Below, one piece after another: positions 10,180-20,839 of a stretch of DNA of 64,000 nucleotides. Both the position numbers and the translations under genes were made by a program. Source of the stretch: Candidatus Krumholzibacteriia bacterium (GTDB lineage Bacteria; Krumholzibacteriota; Krumholzibacteriia; Krumholzibacteriales; Krumholzibacteriaceae); NCBI GenBank assembly GCA_963836185.1, contig CAWIIQ010000001.1:2009424-2073423 (forward strand), in the 5' to 3' direction. Positions within the stretch are counted from its first letter, which is position 1. Each line of letters begins with the position of its first letter. The notes under the pieces are model-generated. The model was not told where the DNA came from and did no database searches. It saw nothing but the letters and a program-made list of their open reading frames with translations.

Positions 10180-11835
10180 TCATTTTCCCAGCATCGGAAG
10201 GTCGAGCCCTGCATCTTTCGCTTTTTCAATGGCTATCGTATAGCCGGCATCGGCGTGTCTTGCAACTCCTGTGCCAGGGTCATTATTGAGGCAACGCGCT
10301 AATTTTATACGGCCTTCCGGCGTTCCGTCGGCCACCACCGCGATACCGGCGTGGATCGATAATCCCATGCCCACACCACCCCCGTGATGGACCGAGACCC
10401 ATGCCGCTCCACTCGCGGTATTGAGCAGCGCGTTGAGGATCGGCCAGTCCGCCACCGCGTCGCTGCCGTCCTTCATAGCCTCAGTCTCCCGGTACGGTGA
10501 AGCGACCGACCCGCTGTCGAGATGATCGCGCCCGATGACGATCGGCGCGCTGATCTCCCCGCTGGCCACGAGGTCATGCATCGCGAGGCCCAGTCTTTCC
10601 CTCTCGCCGTACTCGAGCCAGCAGATCCTCGAAGGCAGTCCCTGGAAGGCGACCTGTTCGCGTGCCATCCTTATCCAGCGGCAGAGTGATTCGTTCTCGG
10701 GGAACATCTCGAGGACGAGGTCGTCGGTCCTCCAGATATCCTCCTTCTTTCCGGAAAGGGCGATCCATCGAAACGGCCCTTTGCCGGTGCAGAACATCGG
10801 TCTTATGAATGCGGGAACAAAACCGGGGAAATCGAAGGCGTTCTTCAGGCCGCCGGTCTCAGCCTGTCCGCGGATGTTGTTGCCGTAATCGAATACGATC
10901 GATCCCTTCGCCTGCAGGTCGAGCATCGCCTGGACATGGAGGACGATGGACTCGGTCGCCTCCTTGATGTACCTGTCGGGATTGCTCTCCCTCAGTCCCG
11001 CTGCCTCTTCGAGCGTGTATCCTCTAGGCACATATCCGTTGAGCGGATCGTGAGCGGAGGTCTGATCGGTGACAACGTCGATGACGATGTCTCTCTTCGC
11101 GAGCTCAGGGAAGACATCGGCCGCGTTCCCGACAAGGCCTATCGATAAAGGCTTTTTCGCCTTCACAGCTTCTTCCGCCTTCGCGAGGGCGGTGTCGAGG
11201 TCTGTCTCCATCACGTCGCAGTATTTTGTCTCGAGCCTTCTCTTGATCCGTTCGGGATCGACCTCGACTATGAGGCAGACGCCGCCGTTCATCGTCACGG
11301 CGAGAGGCTGAGCTCCGCTCATCCCGCCGAGTCCGCCTGAGAGGACGAACCTCCCTGCAAGGGTCCCTCCGAAATGCTGCCTGGCGCACTCGGAGAATGT
11401 CTCGTATGTCCCCTGCAGGATCCCCTGCGTGCCGATGTACATCCAGGAGCCGGCCGTCATCTGGCCGTACATCATCAGGTCCTTCGATTCGAGCTCCCAG
11501 AAGTGCTCCCACGTGGCCCACTTCGGAACGAGAAGGGAGTTGGCGAGCAGAACGCGCGGGGCGCCCTCATGGGTCGGGAATACCGCGACCGGCTTTCCCG
11601 ACTGGATCAGAAGGGTCTCGTCGTTACCGAGGCGCTTGAGGGTATCGATGATGGCGTAGTAGCAGTCCCAGTTCCTCGCCGCTTTCCCCCTGCCCCCGTA
11701 CACGACCAGCTCTGCGGGATTCTCCGCGTTCTCCGGGTCGAGGTTGTTCATGAGCATCCTCATCGCCGCTTCCTGGAACCATCCCTGGCAGGTGATATCA
11801 CTGCCGCGGGGAGCTCTGATTACTTCCGGACTCAT
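10180..11835 (-). CDS. hutU: Urocanate hydratase
   Basis: 551 aa with ...[11 protein letters not shown]...[27 protein letters not shown]..., a near-invariant urocanase signature. Confidence 0.9.
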   Translation of the reverse strand: MSPEVIRAPRGSDITCQGWFQEAAMRMLMNNLDPENAENPAELVVYGGRGKAARNWDCYYAIIDTLKRLGNDETLLIQSGKPVAVFPTHEGAPRVLLANSLLVPKWATWEHFWELESKDLMMYGQMTAGSWMYIGTQGILQGTYETFSECARQHFGGTLAGRFVLSGGLGGMSGAQPLAVTMNGGVCLIVEVDPERIKRRLETKYCDVMETDLDTALAKAEEAVKAKKPLSIGLVGNAADVFPELAKRDIVIDVVTDQTSAHDPLNGYVPRGYTLEEAAGLRESNPDRYIKEATESIVLHVQAMLDLQAKGSIVFDYGNNIRGQAETGGLKNAFDFPGFVPAFIRPMFCTGKGPFRWIALSGKKEDIWRTDDLVLEMFPENESLCRWIRMAREQVAFQGLPSRICWLEYGERERLGLAMHDLVASGEISAPIVIGRDHLDSGSVASPYRETEAMKDGSDAVADWPILNALLNTASGAAWVSVHHGGGVGMGLSIHAGIAVVADGTPEGRIKLARCLNNDPGTGVARHADAGYTIAIEKAKDAGLDLPMLGK

Positions 11836-11994
11836 TTCCAGTTACCTCCGAACAAGGTTTCGGTCAATCACGTAACGCTCTGTAATAATATGTGTTAAAT
11901 CATAATCTTGCGCCCGTTTGAACGGGAATCACTCTACACTATCCGCACCCCCGATGGCAACCGTAAATGGCGCCTGAGAACTGTAACCGTCCCT

Positions 11995-14322
11995 TTACAT
12001 CCCTTTCTTTTCAAACCATCCGGCCGCCGAGCCGGCGGCGTCACCGATCGAGGATACCTGCTTCGCCTTCACCGGCAGCGACGAAAGTACAGCGGGAGCG
12101 TACGACTTCGTTCCGAGACGGGGATCCATCAGGACCACCACCCCGCGGTCGTCCTTTCTCCTGATCAACCTCCCTACCCCCTGCCTCAGCCTCAGGATCG
12201 CCTCGGGAAGGGAAAGCATCGTAAATGGATTACCTCCATCTGCCTGCATCCTCTCGGACCTCGCCTCGATGACAGGCTCAGTCGGAACAGGAAAGGGGAG
12301 CTTGGGTATAACGAGGATCTCGAGCTCGCCGCCGGGAAAATCGACTCCCTCCCAGAAGGAGGCTACTCCGAGAAGAACCGCGCCCCCGGACGACCTGAAC
12401 GTCGACGCCAGCTCTTCCCTGCTCATGCCGCCCCCCTGCACGAGAAGGGTCCCGCTGAATCCGAGGTCTTCGAGCTCATCCCTCGTGGCAAGGCACATCC
12501 TGTACGAAGTGAAAAGGGCCATTATCCTCCGGCCCGTTGCTCCCGACAGGCCTGATATCATCCGGCCCACATTTCCGGCGAACGATTCGTCGTTAGGATC
12601 GCTGCCGCCGCCTGTCCTCATTATAAGGAGGTTCCTCTCGTAGTCGAAGGGTGAGCCCGCAACGAGGTTCACCGGCTCCTTCCCGGTCAGGCCTATCCCC
12701 AGCCTGTCCATCACGTAACCGAACGACCCGTTCTCGGCCAGCGTGGCAGAGGTGAAGACGGCCGTGGCGGTACGCTCCTCGAGATAGTCCGCAAAGCGCC
12801 TGTCGATCTCGAGGGGAGAGCCGCAGAGAGCGGCGACCCTGCCGCCCCCTGTCCATTCTATCCAGAAGACCCCGTCGGGATCTGAACCGTCCTGGAGGTA
12901 TCTCACCGATTCGGCCAGCCCCTCGAGCTCCTCGTCGATGAAGCGCAGTTCGTTCTGCATGACCATCATCGACTGGGGGACACTCACACTACAAAACAGT
13001 TTAAGTATCTCTCGTATTTCATTATTAATAAAGTAGAAGCGGTCAAATACATCGTCCGCTTCAGAGAACGTCCCTTCGCCGTACCGTGTTCTCGTCCCTG
13101 CCGCTCCACCACTCGAAAGTGCCGCTGCTGCCGAGAATATCGCCGCATAATCGGCCTCGAGCTCACCCTTCTTCCCCGAGAGGGCCTGCACCCTGCCCGC
13201 CCAGCTGGACGCCTCGTCTCCACCTCCGGCAGCCCCCAGTTCATGGACCAGCATCTTCCATCTCTGCGACAGGGGCGATACCGGCTCGATCTGCTCGAAT
13301 ATCCTCTCGAGTGTGTTCGACGATATCCTCGTCGAGAGGTTGTCCATCACGCATTTCTCGAGATGATGAGCCTCATCGAATATGACGCGGGTATACGGGC
13401 CGAGGACAGTCCCTCCCTGCCTGTAGTCCGTCATCAGCAGAGCATGGTTCACAAAGAGGATCGCCGACTCTGCCGCCCTCTTTCTCGCCGAGAGCAGCGG
13501 ACAGCCTCCGGCGTGTGAGCAGGCCTTCATCAGGCATCGTGGAGGTGCGCAGATCGAGCGAGCGGGAAAGGGCATGGCGGATGACGGGATCGACTCGGCA
13601 GTTCCCTCGGAGGCCAGTGCGGCGGCGAGCCCGAGCTTCAGGGCCCCCTCCGGGTCGTCGCCGGCGAGCCTTACCGTCCTGGAGACGAGCTTTCGCGAGC
13701 AGATATAGTTCTCCCTGCCCATCAGCCTCTCTACCGGCAGGCCCGGCCCGGTGAATGAACGGAGGATCGGAAGCTCCTTCTCGAGGAGCTGCTGCTGGAG
13801 ATTTCTCGTGTGGGTGGAGATGACGATCCGCTCGCCGGTCGCAGCAGAGAAGATGGCGGACGGAAGGAGATAGGCTAGGGATTTCCCCGTTCCTGTTCCA
13901 GCCTCTACGAACGAGATCTCGTCCCGCACGAGCGCGGTCATGACCGTCCTGGCCATCGCCGCCTGCCCTTCGCGCTTCTCACCGAGGATCTCCTGTATCC
14001 TGCCTATATCGCGGTCGATCGCCCTCTCGAGCTCGGCCGGGTCGATGCCGGCCTGCCGGGGCACCTGCCGCGGCGCCTCCCCGGAAAGATCCTCCTCGGC
14101 AGGCCCCTCAAAGAGGTCGTCCTTTCCAGAGGAGGAGATCACCGCCCGCTCGAGTATATCGATACCGGAAAAGGATATCTCGCGCGCGAAACGCAGCAGA
14201 AGAGCCGGCGGCACAGGGCCCGACGCTATCGCGGAGCTCAGACGCACCGGTGCGTCAGGCTCAAGAAGTGATTCCCTGTAGTCATGGGGTACAAGATCGA
14301 GAAATGCCTCTACGCCAGGCAT
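11995..14322 (-). CDS. dinG: ATP-dependent DNA helicase, DinG/Rad3-like family
   Basis: 775 aa with Walker A AGTGTGKSLAYLLP, a DEAH-like VIFDEAHHL box and the C-terminal helicase C_2 region. Confidence 0.75.
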   Translation of the reverse strand: MPGVEAFLDLVPHDYRESLLEPDAPVRLSSAIASGPVPPALLLRFAREISFSGIDILERAVISSSGKDDLFEGPAEEDLSGEAPRQVPRQAGIDPAELERAIDRDIGRIQEILGEKREGQAAMARTVMTALVRDEISFVEAGTGTGKSLAYLLPSAIFSAATGERIVISTHTRNLQQQLLEKELPILRSFTGPGLPVERLMGRENYICSRKLVSRTVRLAGDDPEGALKLGLAAALASEGTAESIPSSAMPFPARSICAPPRCLMKACSHAGGCPLLSARKRAAESAILFVNHALLMTDYRQGGTVLGPYTRVIFDEAHHLEKCVMDNLSTRISSNTLERIFEQIEPVSPLSQRWKMLVHELGAAGGGDEASSWAGRVQALSGKKGELEADYAAIFSAAAALSSGGAAGTRTRYGEGTFSEADDVFDRFYFINNEIREILKLFCSVSVPQSMMVMQNELRFIDEELEGLAESVRYLQDGSDPDGVFWIEWTGGGRVAALCGSPLEIDRRFADYLEERTATAVFTSATLAENGSFGYVMDRLGIGLTGKEPVNLVAGSPFDYERNLLIMRTGGGSDPNDESFAGNVGRMISGLSGATGRRIMALFTSYRMCLATRDELEDLGFSGTLLVQGGGMSREELASTFRSSGGAVLLGVASFWEGVDFPGGELEILVIPKLPFPVPTEPVIEARSERMQADGGNPFTMLSLPEAILRLRQGVGRLIRRKDDRGVVVLMDPRLGTKSYAPAVLSSLPVKAKQVSSIGDAAGSAAGWFEKKGM

Positions 14323-14343
14323 CGAGATCCTCCTCCGCCCCTG

Positions 14344-15618
14344 CTATTCCCTGCTGCGCTTCGTCCCCCTGATCGCGCAGAACTCCCCGCACATCGTGCA
14401 GAGGTCCTCCGATCCCGCGGGGCTCGCGTCGAACATCTCCCTCGCCTTCGGAGGATCGATACTCGAATCGAGAGCTGCCTGCCAGTCGAGCTTCGCCCTC
14501 GAGGTTGAGATCTTCCGGTCCCAGTCGGCCGCTCCGCGGACGCCCTTGGCGATATCTCCCGCATGGGCGGCGATCCTCGTGCCGATGACGCCGTCACGCA
14601 CATCCGCTACAGAAGGGAGCCTCAGATGCTCCGCCGGTGTGACATAGCAGAGGAAATCGGCACCGTGCCACGCCGCGACCGCACCGCCGATCGCTGCGGT
14701 GATGTGATCGTATCCGGGGGCGACATCTGTCACGAGCGGTCCGAGAACGTAGAAGGGCGCTCCTCCGCAGACCTTCTTCTGCAGCATCATGTTCGCGGGG
14801 ATCTCGTGGATAGGCACATGGCCGGGGCCCTCGACGAAAACGCTGACCCCCGCTTTTCTCGCCCTGTCGACCAGTTCCCCGATGACGAGCAGTTCGCCTA
14901 TCTGCGGACGGTCGGTCGAATCGGCGATCGCTCCGGGGCGCAGGCCGTCTCCGAGACTCAGCGCGAAGTCGTATTCGTGCGCGAGCTCGAGGAGCTCGTC
15001 GTAATATTCGTAGTACGGGTTCTCCTTTTCATTCTTCACGATCCACTGGAGAAGGAAGCAGCCTCCCCGGCTTACGACTCCGGCGGTCCTGCTCCTGGCC
15101 ACCTCTTCGGCGAGCCTGCGCACAAGGCCGCAATGTATAGTCATGAAATCGACGCCGTCTTTCGCCTGGCGCTCGACTACTCCGAGAAAATCTTTCTTCG
15201 TGCAGTCCGCTATCTCCCCGCCTCTTCTCGTCACCTCGACGACAGACTGGTATATCGGGACCGTCCCGACAGGGACTGTGCATTTCTCGAGGATCGTCCG
15301 CCTTATCGCGTCGATGTCTCCCCCAGTCGAGAGGTCCATCAGAGCGTCGGCTCCAGCCTCTATGGCGACTTCGAGCTTCTCCAGTTCTATCGCGGGATCG
15401 TCATGGTCCGGGCTCGTACCTATATTGGCGTTTACCTTTGTGCTCAGACCCTCGCCGATACCTATCACCCGGCTGTGAGAACGAGCGTACCCGTTGATCA
15501 CGACCCTCCCGTCGGCGACAAGGACCCTGAGCTCTTCGGGATCTATTCCTTCGAACCGCGCCACTTCCTTCAGTGCGGATGTTATCTCGCCCGCCCTGGC
15601 CTTTTCGACTTCCGTCAC
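14344..15618 (-). CDS. thiC: Phosphomethylpyrimidine synthase ThiC
   Basis: 424 aa with strong ThiC identity (...TKVNANIGTSPD..., a C-terminal CxxCGxxC Fe-S cluster motif), a GTG start and an AGGAGG RBS. Confidence 0.9.
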   Translation of the reverse strand: MTEVEKARAGEITSALKEVARFEGIDPEELRVLVADGRVVINGYARSHSRVIGIGEGLSTKVNANIGTSPDHDDPAIELEKLEVAIEAGADALMDLSTGGDIDAIRRTILEKCTVPVGTVPIYQSVVEVTRRGGEIADCTKKDFLGVVERQAKDGVDFMTIHCGLVRRLAEEVARSRTAGVVSRGGCFLLQWIVKNEKENPYYEYYDELLELAHEYDFALSLGDGLRPGAIADSTDRPQIGELLVIGELVDRARKAGVSVFVEGPGHVPIHEIPANMMLQKKVCGGAPFYVLGPLVTDVAPGYDHITAAIGGAVAAWHGADFLCYVTPAEHLRLPSVADVRDGVIGTRIAAHAGDIAKGVRGAADWDRKISTSRAKLDWQAALDSSIDPPKAREMFDASPAGSEDLCTMCGEFCAIRGTKRSRE

Positions 15619-15702
15619 GCGGAGCCTCCTCTCGTCATTCGTTCAAGGGCAATCTAGTATAATCTACAGGTCCTGCCCTTGCTACCAAGTTTTTTCGGAT
15701 GC

Positions 15703-17463
15703 TCAGAAGTTCTCGATAAGAGATATGTGGATCAGCATGCCGTCCAGTGCGACCTTCTCTCCCATTCCGAAGCTCAGCGCCACCGTGCCGAGCTTCGAGG
15801 AGGACATAAGACCGAACCCGAGCCCGTCGAGGAAGTTCCAGCCGGTGTCTTTCCTGTAATACACCCCGGCGTCGTAGAAAAGGAATATCCTCGAAGCCCC
15901 GCCGAACCTGTATTCGAAGTTGGCCCAGCCGATCTTCTCGCCGCGGAACTGGTTCTCGCGATATCCTCTCAGGCTCCTCGCCCCGCCGAGCGGGTACGTC
16001 TCTGCCGGCTGGACGGCATCTTTGGAGAAGACTCCCATCGAAACGAGCCGCATGTAGACCGACTGCCTGGAAAAGACAGGTATCTCAGTGTCCCCTTCGA
16101 CACTGTAAAGAAGCTGGCCATCGGTGTCAGTCACGTCGCCGGTGTATCCCTTCCGTAACGCTCCCTCCACCCTTAGAGCCAGATGGGCGCGCCCCGGCCA
16201 GATCGCCCTTGCTCCCGTGCGGAACCTGTGACGCACGCTCCTGTCAAGATCGGGATCGTTCTGCGGGATGTTGTTGTCCCATGAATAGCCGGCTGACAGC
16301 TCGCTGCCCGGACTCAAGCTGAGGCTCATGTCGAAGCCGACCATCGAGTAGTCGTACAGAGTATCGTAAACGTCCTGCCTCAACTCCGCGTCCAGTCCGG
16401 GAGGGAGCGAGAAAAAGAAATCCTCTGAGTACCTGAACTGGAGCGTCTGGAAACTCACTCCATCGTTGAGCCACCTGAAATCGACGTCCCTTCCGCTGCC
16501 CCCGATATTCCTCAGGGCGATGTCGACTGACCCGTTCGTGACATAGCCTTCGTCTTCTTTCTTGGCAAACCCGAATATTCCCTGGATCGAATTCCCCCGA
16601 TTCATCTCCTCGACGGGGATCCTCACATCCACCGTTCCGGGGCCGAGCCTTCTGACCTCGGGCTGGCCGACGCTGGAAAAGAGGCCGGAGGCCGAGAGAT
16701 AGCGCGGAGCCCGAGCCAGCTTCTCCTCGTCGAACCGCTCTCCCTCACCGAGTCTCGAGGTCTTAAGCGCCAGCGAGGTATCGGTCTTCGTGAGGCCGTC
16801 GAAAACGACTGTCTCCACTATCGATTCCTCGCCGCCGTATACGGCGAAGTTCAGATCTACGGTGTTCGACCCGGGATCGTATTCGAAACCGGTCATCCAG
16901 ACCTGGGCATAGGGATAGCCTGCATGATTAAGCTCACCCAGAAGCTCCTTCATCGCGCTCTCCAAGGCGACCGGATCGAACGGCATACCCTCGCCGGCTC
17001 CGAGCTTACCCACCAGCTCCGCTTCGGGGATGACTTCCGATCCTGTGACCGTGACGCCATCGATCCTCGTCAGGCTTCCTTCGGAGATCAGCATCGTTAT
17101 CTCTACTGACTCTCCCCTCACCACCGTGTCGACGGCGGCACGCGCGCCGAGCAGTCCAACGGAGAAGCACAGGGAATCGATCCTCCCGAGCTCGAGATCG
17201 AGGAGTGAATCGCTCAGCTGAGAGCCCTTCCTGAGATAGCTCCCGCGTCCGGCTGCCCCGACATCGATCAGCTCCAATCCTTCCCAGCGGACCTTCGATA
17301 TCCAGGGACGGACCACGGATGCGCTGTCCCCGACCTCCTGTGCGGAAGCGATGCCCCCTGCGGCGGACACACCTCCCCACGGGGCGGAGAGGACCGCCGT
17401 CGCGACGAGCGCGGCCGCCACGAACGCTCTAGAAGTAAGCGCGGCTTTCCAGCTTGAAAGCAT
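15703..17463 (-). CDS. Omp85/BamA-family outer-membrane protein (POTRA plus surface-antigen barrel)
   Basis: Signal peptide, POTRA-like N-terminal repeats and a C-terminal Bac_surface_Ag-type barrel (...GGARSLRGYRENQFRG...YDAGVYY...) ending in F. Confidence 0.7.
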   Translation of the reverse strand: MLSSWKAALTSRAFVAAALVATAVLSAPWGGVSAAGGIASAQEVGDSASVVRPWISKVRWEGLELIDVGAAGRGSYLRKGSQLSDSLLDLELGRIDSLCFSVGLLGARAAVDTVVRGESVEITMLISEGSLTRIDGVTVTGSEVIPEAELVGKLGAGEGMPFDPVALESAMKELLGELNHAGYPYAQVWMTGFEYDPGSNTVDLNFAVYGGEESIVETVVFDGLTKTDTSLALKTSRLGEGERFDEEKLARAPRYLSASGLFSSVGQPEVRRLGPGTVDVRIPVEEMNRGNSIQGIFGFAKKEDEGYVTNGSVDIALRNIGGSGRDVDFRWLNDGVSFQTLQFRYSEDFFFSLPPGLDAELRQDVYDTLYDYSMVGFDMSLSLSPGSELSAGYSWDNNIPQNDPDLDRSVRHRFRTGARAIWPGRAHLALRVEGALRKGYTGDVTDTDGQLLYSVEGDTEIPVFSRQSVYMRLVSMGVFSKDAVQPAETYPLGGARSLRGYRENQFRGEKIGWANFEYRFGGASRIFLFYDAGVYYRKDTGWNFLDGLGFGLMSSSKLGTVALSFGMGEKVALDGMLIHISLIENF

Positions 17464-20400
17464 GGACTGTCCTTACCTCTCCGGTGTAATCCTTTTCCCT
17501 GTACCCGTTGTAATTTATTCCGAAACTGATGAACTTCGTGAACCTGTACTGTCCCACGACTGTCCAGTCCTGCCTCAGGCCATCCTCGAGGAAGAAGAGA
17601 GGTTTGCCCTCACTCGCCTTCTCATCTGTCAAGGTCAGCCGCAGAAGGGCATTGACATGGATCCTCGTCCCGATCGATGCGTCGCAGGAGGGAGCGCCGA
17701 AGATCGAGACCTGCTCAGCCAGCGAGACTGCGTCCTTCCTCTCCTCCACGCCACCCTCCAGGGCGAGCCTGATCGATGGTCTCAGCTTCCAGGCCAGTAT
17801 CACCGAGCCCTCGAGGGATTCTACCCTGTACATCTGGCCAGCCGCCCCCGTGACCATTCGGGAACTCAACGAGGTCTGTCCCTGGAAAGTCAGGGTGAGC
17901 GAACTGACCGGGATCAGCTCGAACCTTCCCTGGATCTCCCTGCTGTATCTCTCTACAGAGACATCCTCGCTGCGGTTGTCCTCCTCATCCTCCCTGAAAT
18001 AGACCAGCCTGAGATTGTAACCCTTCACATCCCCGAGAAAACCCCACTCCGTCCTGAAACTGTTTTTTCCGTAGAGCGTCCACTCATCTCTCTGCAGGAC
18101 GGACGGGTCGAGAAGGTAGAGCTTCGCCAGCTCATCGCTGCGGGATCTCTCTACGACTGAGAAGAAGTTATCGACTGATACGTTCCTTCTGATCCACTGC
18201 CACGTTCCGGTATCCTCGGAGAGCATGAGAGACAGGCCGCGAACGCCGCTCCCGATACTGAGCTTCCATGAGAGCTCCACCGTCCGGACGGGGACCACGT
18301 CCTCGGCTGGAAGGAAGATGATCATGTAGTCGCCCCTGTTCTGCCCGACCTCGCTGCCATCCTCGTCGTAATCGCCCTGGTTGTCGCCGACGTATACGAC
18401 AGCCTTCTCTAGTTTTCTGTCGACTCCCGAGCTTATGCGGTAGCTCAGATCGTTCGTCATCGAGCCGGCCCACCATACATCCCTGTACCTGAGCCTCGCG
18501 AGATCGTTCCTCGCGTTCCCGCCAGTATCTTCATATCTGGTGTTTCGCCTGCTCGCAACAAGCTCCACTATCGACTCTCCCGAGGTGAACCCCCCGTCGA
18601 ACCTGATCTCGTCGTTCTCCCTCGACCTGAACCACTCCCCTCCCTCGTCCTCCATACTGTCGGTGTTCCTCATTGTATAAGAAAGCGTCCCCCTGAAACT
18701 TCCCGCTCCCCTCCTGGACACAGAGAAAATATTCTGATAGTAGAACCTGCCCGTATCGGGAGCGTCGGAATTAAACGACCGGTACCTTTCGGTATCGAAT
18801 ACGGCCCGCGGAAGGAGTTTCCAGAAACCGAACGCTCCATCCGCGTGCAGGTACCTCCTGTCCCGGCCGAGATCGTTCTTCGAATCGTAAGCCGCCGACT
18901 CCAGCCCGCGGTCGGCTTTGTCGCCGAAGGCCAGCGAAGCCTCGCCCTTCCTCGCCCCCGGCCCGTCCGTCCGCTCGAGCCTGTCATACCTTCCGGTGAC
19001 CTTCCATAACGTCTCACTCTCCCATAACAGGTTCAGGCCCGAGATCTTCTCCGTTCCCTGGAGGGGAATGTCTGAAAGGTTCCAGTTCCTGTAAAAATAC
19101 GCGCCCCTCGCCTGGTCGGGAGCGTGGAACCTCTCTTCGAGCGAGGAGTACTCTGCGAGCAGTGACAGCCTGGTAGAGCCTATCGACTGGTCCTTCACTC
19201 CGCCGCTGAGCCTGAGCGCCCCTCCTTCATTGTCGTCGTCATCGATACTGGACAGGACGTTCGCGTCGAAAATGGATATGTCCCCCTCCCCCGAGAAGAA
19301 GAGGCTCCCCTTCGCCGCGTCGATACCGAGGGAGATGACCTCCTTGCGCTCGGGCAGAGGGAGCGGTTTGCCGACGAGGTAATTACCGAGGCCGGGGCCG
19401 ATATACACATACTTCACCTCGCCCCTCCTGGTAAATCCATCGGTGACGTAGTCACCTTTCCCGTCTCCCGCTTCGTAGAAGTCTACGATGAACGTCCCCC
19501 CCTCCTCAACGAACTCGAAATGCTCGGGCAGCGTATCGGCTGGAACGAGGATATATGCATCGAGAGCGTTCTCGACCGGCGTTATCCCCTCACTGACCGC
19601 ACCCAGCGGATCGTCTCCCGCCCCGGCGATGATATCCTTCTCCTCGTCAGTTATCACGCCTCTCACCGGATCGTCGGGATCGTCTGATTCCCTGAAGTAG
19701 AATCCCCTCAGCGTAACCGCCCCACCCGCGAGAGGCGATGCCACGCCTCCAGTAAGCGTTGTCCTGCCGTACCCGTCCTCACCACTCTGGAATTCGACGA
19801 TGATCTCCGAATCGGCCGATATCGTCACCCTTTCGGTGAATGTGATCGTCCCCCTGCCGTAATCTATGACGTAGTGGTTCTCCGCGCCGCGAAGCATCTC
19901 CATGCCGTCGAGAAATACCTTTTCCGTGCCCGGCAGTATGATCACGCCATTGAAACGCCTCGCGTCAAGAAGCTCGTATGGCCCCTGGACACCCTCGATC
20001 CCGAAGAAATTCGATCTCTGGAACCTGCCCTTGGTTATCCCCCCCCCGGCGAAGAGTTCCTGGTTCCATGCGTTCACCTTCACCGAGGCACCCCGCAGCT
20101 CCCGCTCGAATCGAGAGAAACTCGACCAGTTGTTCCCGCTGATAAAATCGCCGAAGTTCGTCTCCGTATGCCGGCTCTTGACCTGAACGGCGACCTTGTC
20201 GAGCTGCTTGAGCTCTTCAGTGTTGCCCTGGGGCTGGACGGGAAGATTGTCGTCGGTCAGATATGCCCGGACCTCGAGGTCCTTCGCCAGCTTTCCCATC
20301 ATTGTCACCCGAAGACTCTGGTCGATGCCCAGGTCCTTGCCCGAGCCTCCCGAGAATCCGACAGTCTTGTTTCCGGAGAGCCTGAGCTTGTACGGATTGA

Positions 20401-20839
20401 CTTGCGATTCGCTCTTACGGTCCACAGTGGAGATCTCGGGCATCGTGACCTGGTACTCGGGACGTTCCCCCGGAAACCTCGATGCGAAGACGGGCGCGAA
20501 AGCGAACGGGTAGCGCTTCCACCTGACCTCGAGTATCTCGCCTCCTGAAGGAGGCTCGACAAGTATCAGCGAGCCCTTGAGTACATTTATCCTGTAATCC
20601 GTTTCCCTCCGAAGCGGCAGGCCATCGATGGTCAGCGAGTCGCTCCCCGCTATGATGAACGACACTCCGAGATCGATGCGGGTCATACCCTCGGAAAGAA
20701 CGATCCTCTTCGACTCTACATAGTGGTCGCGCACCGGCGCCATCACGCGCAGGTTCCCATCCTCCGTCGCCGAAGCCTGTCCGGCGGCCAGAAATGTCAG
20801 GAGAACGGCTGCCTGAAGTCGAAAGGAACTCATGGTCAT
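17429..20839 (-). CDS. Large (1136 aa) predicted outer-membrane beta-barrel protein of unknown function
   Basis: Cleavable signal peptide, alternating amphipathic beta-strand pattern throughout and a C-terminal ...FKLESRAYF OMP signature. It is translationally coupled to the NHL gene upstream and the Omp85 gene downstream. Confidence 0.45.
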   Translation of the reverse strand: MTMSSFRLQAAVLLTFLAAGQASATEDGNLRVMAPVRDHYVESKRIVLSEGMTRIDLGVSFIIAGSDSLTIDGLPLRRETDYRINVLKGSLILVEPPSGGEILEVRWKRYPFAFAPVFASRFPGERPEYQVTMPEISTVDRKSESQVNPYKLRLSGNKTVGFSGGSGKDLGIDQSLRVTMMGKLAKDLEVRAYLTDDNLPVQPQGNTEELKQLDKVAVQVKSRHTETNFGDFISGNNWSSFSRFERELRGASVKVNAWNQELFAGGGITKGRFQRSNFFGIEGVQGPYELLDARRFNGVIILPGTEKVFLDGMEMLRGAENHYVIDYGRGTITFTERVTISADSEIIVEFQSGEDGYGRTTLTGGVASPLAGGAVTLRGFYFRESDDPDDPVRGVITDEEKDIIAGAGDDPLGAVSEGITPVENALDAYILVPADTLPEHFEFVEEGGTFIVDFYEAGDGKGDYVTDGFTRRGEVKYVYIGPGLGNYLVGKPLPLPERKEVISLGIDAAKGSLFFSGEGDISIFDANVLSSIDDDDNEGGALRLSGGVKDQSIGSTRLSLLAEYSSLEERFHAPDQARGAYFYRNWNLSDIPLQGTEKISGLNLLWESETLWKVTGRYDRLERTDGPGARKGEASLAFGDKADRGLESAAYDSKNDLGRDRRYLHADGAFGFWKLLPRAVFDTERYRSFNSDAPDTGRFYYQNIFSVSRRGAGSFRGTLSYTMRNTDSMEDEGGEWFRSRENDEIRFDGGFTSGESIVELVASRRNTRYEDTGGNARNDLARLRYRDVWWAGSMTNDLSYRISSGVDRKLEKAVVYVGDNQGDYDEDGSEVGQNRGDYMIIFLPAEDVVPVRTVELSWKLSIGSGVRGLSLMLSEDTGTWQWIRRNVSVDNFFSVVERSRSDELAKLYLLDPSVLQRDEWTLYGKNSFRTEWGFLGDVKGYNLRLVYFREDEEDNRSEDVSVERYSREIQGRFELIPVSSLTLTFQGQTSLSSRMVTGAAGQMYRVESLEGSVILAWKLRPSIRLALEGGVEERKDAVSLAEQVSIFGAPSCDASIGTRIHVNALLRLTLTDEKASEGKPLFFLEDGLRQDWTVVGQYRFTKFISFGINYNGYREKDYTGEVRTVHAFKLESRAYF

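Noticed and set aside
15619-15702. Rho-independent terminator for a plus-strand gene (hairpin cgttcaagggca...tgcccttgc followed by TTTTTT)
   Set aside because: No plus-strand gene ends here. On the relevant minus strand the hairpin is not followed by a U-tract. It is reported instead as a possible thiC leader element.
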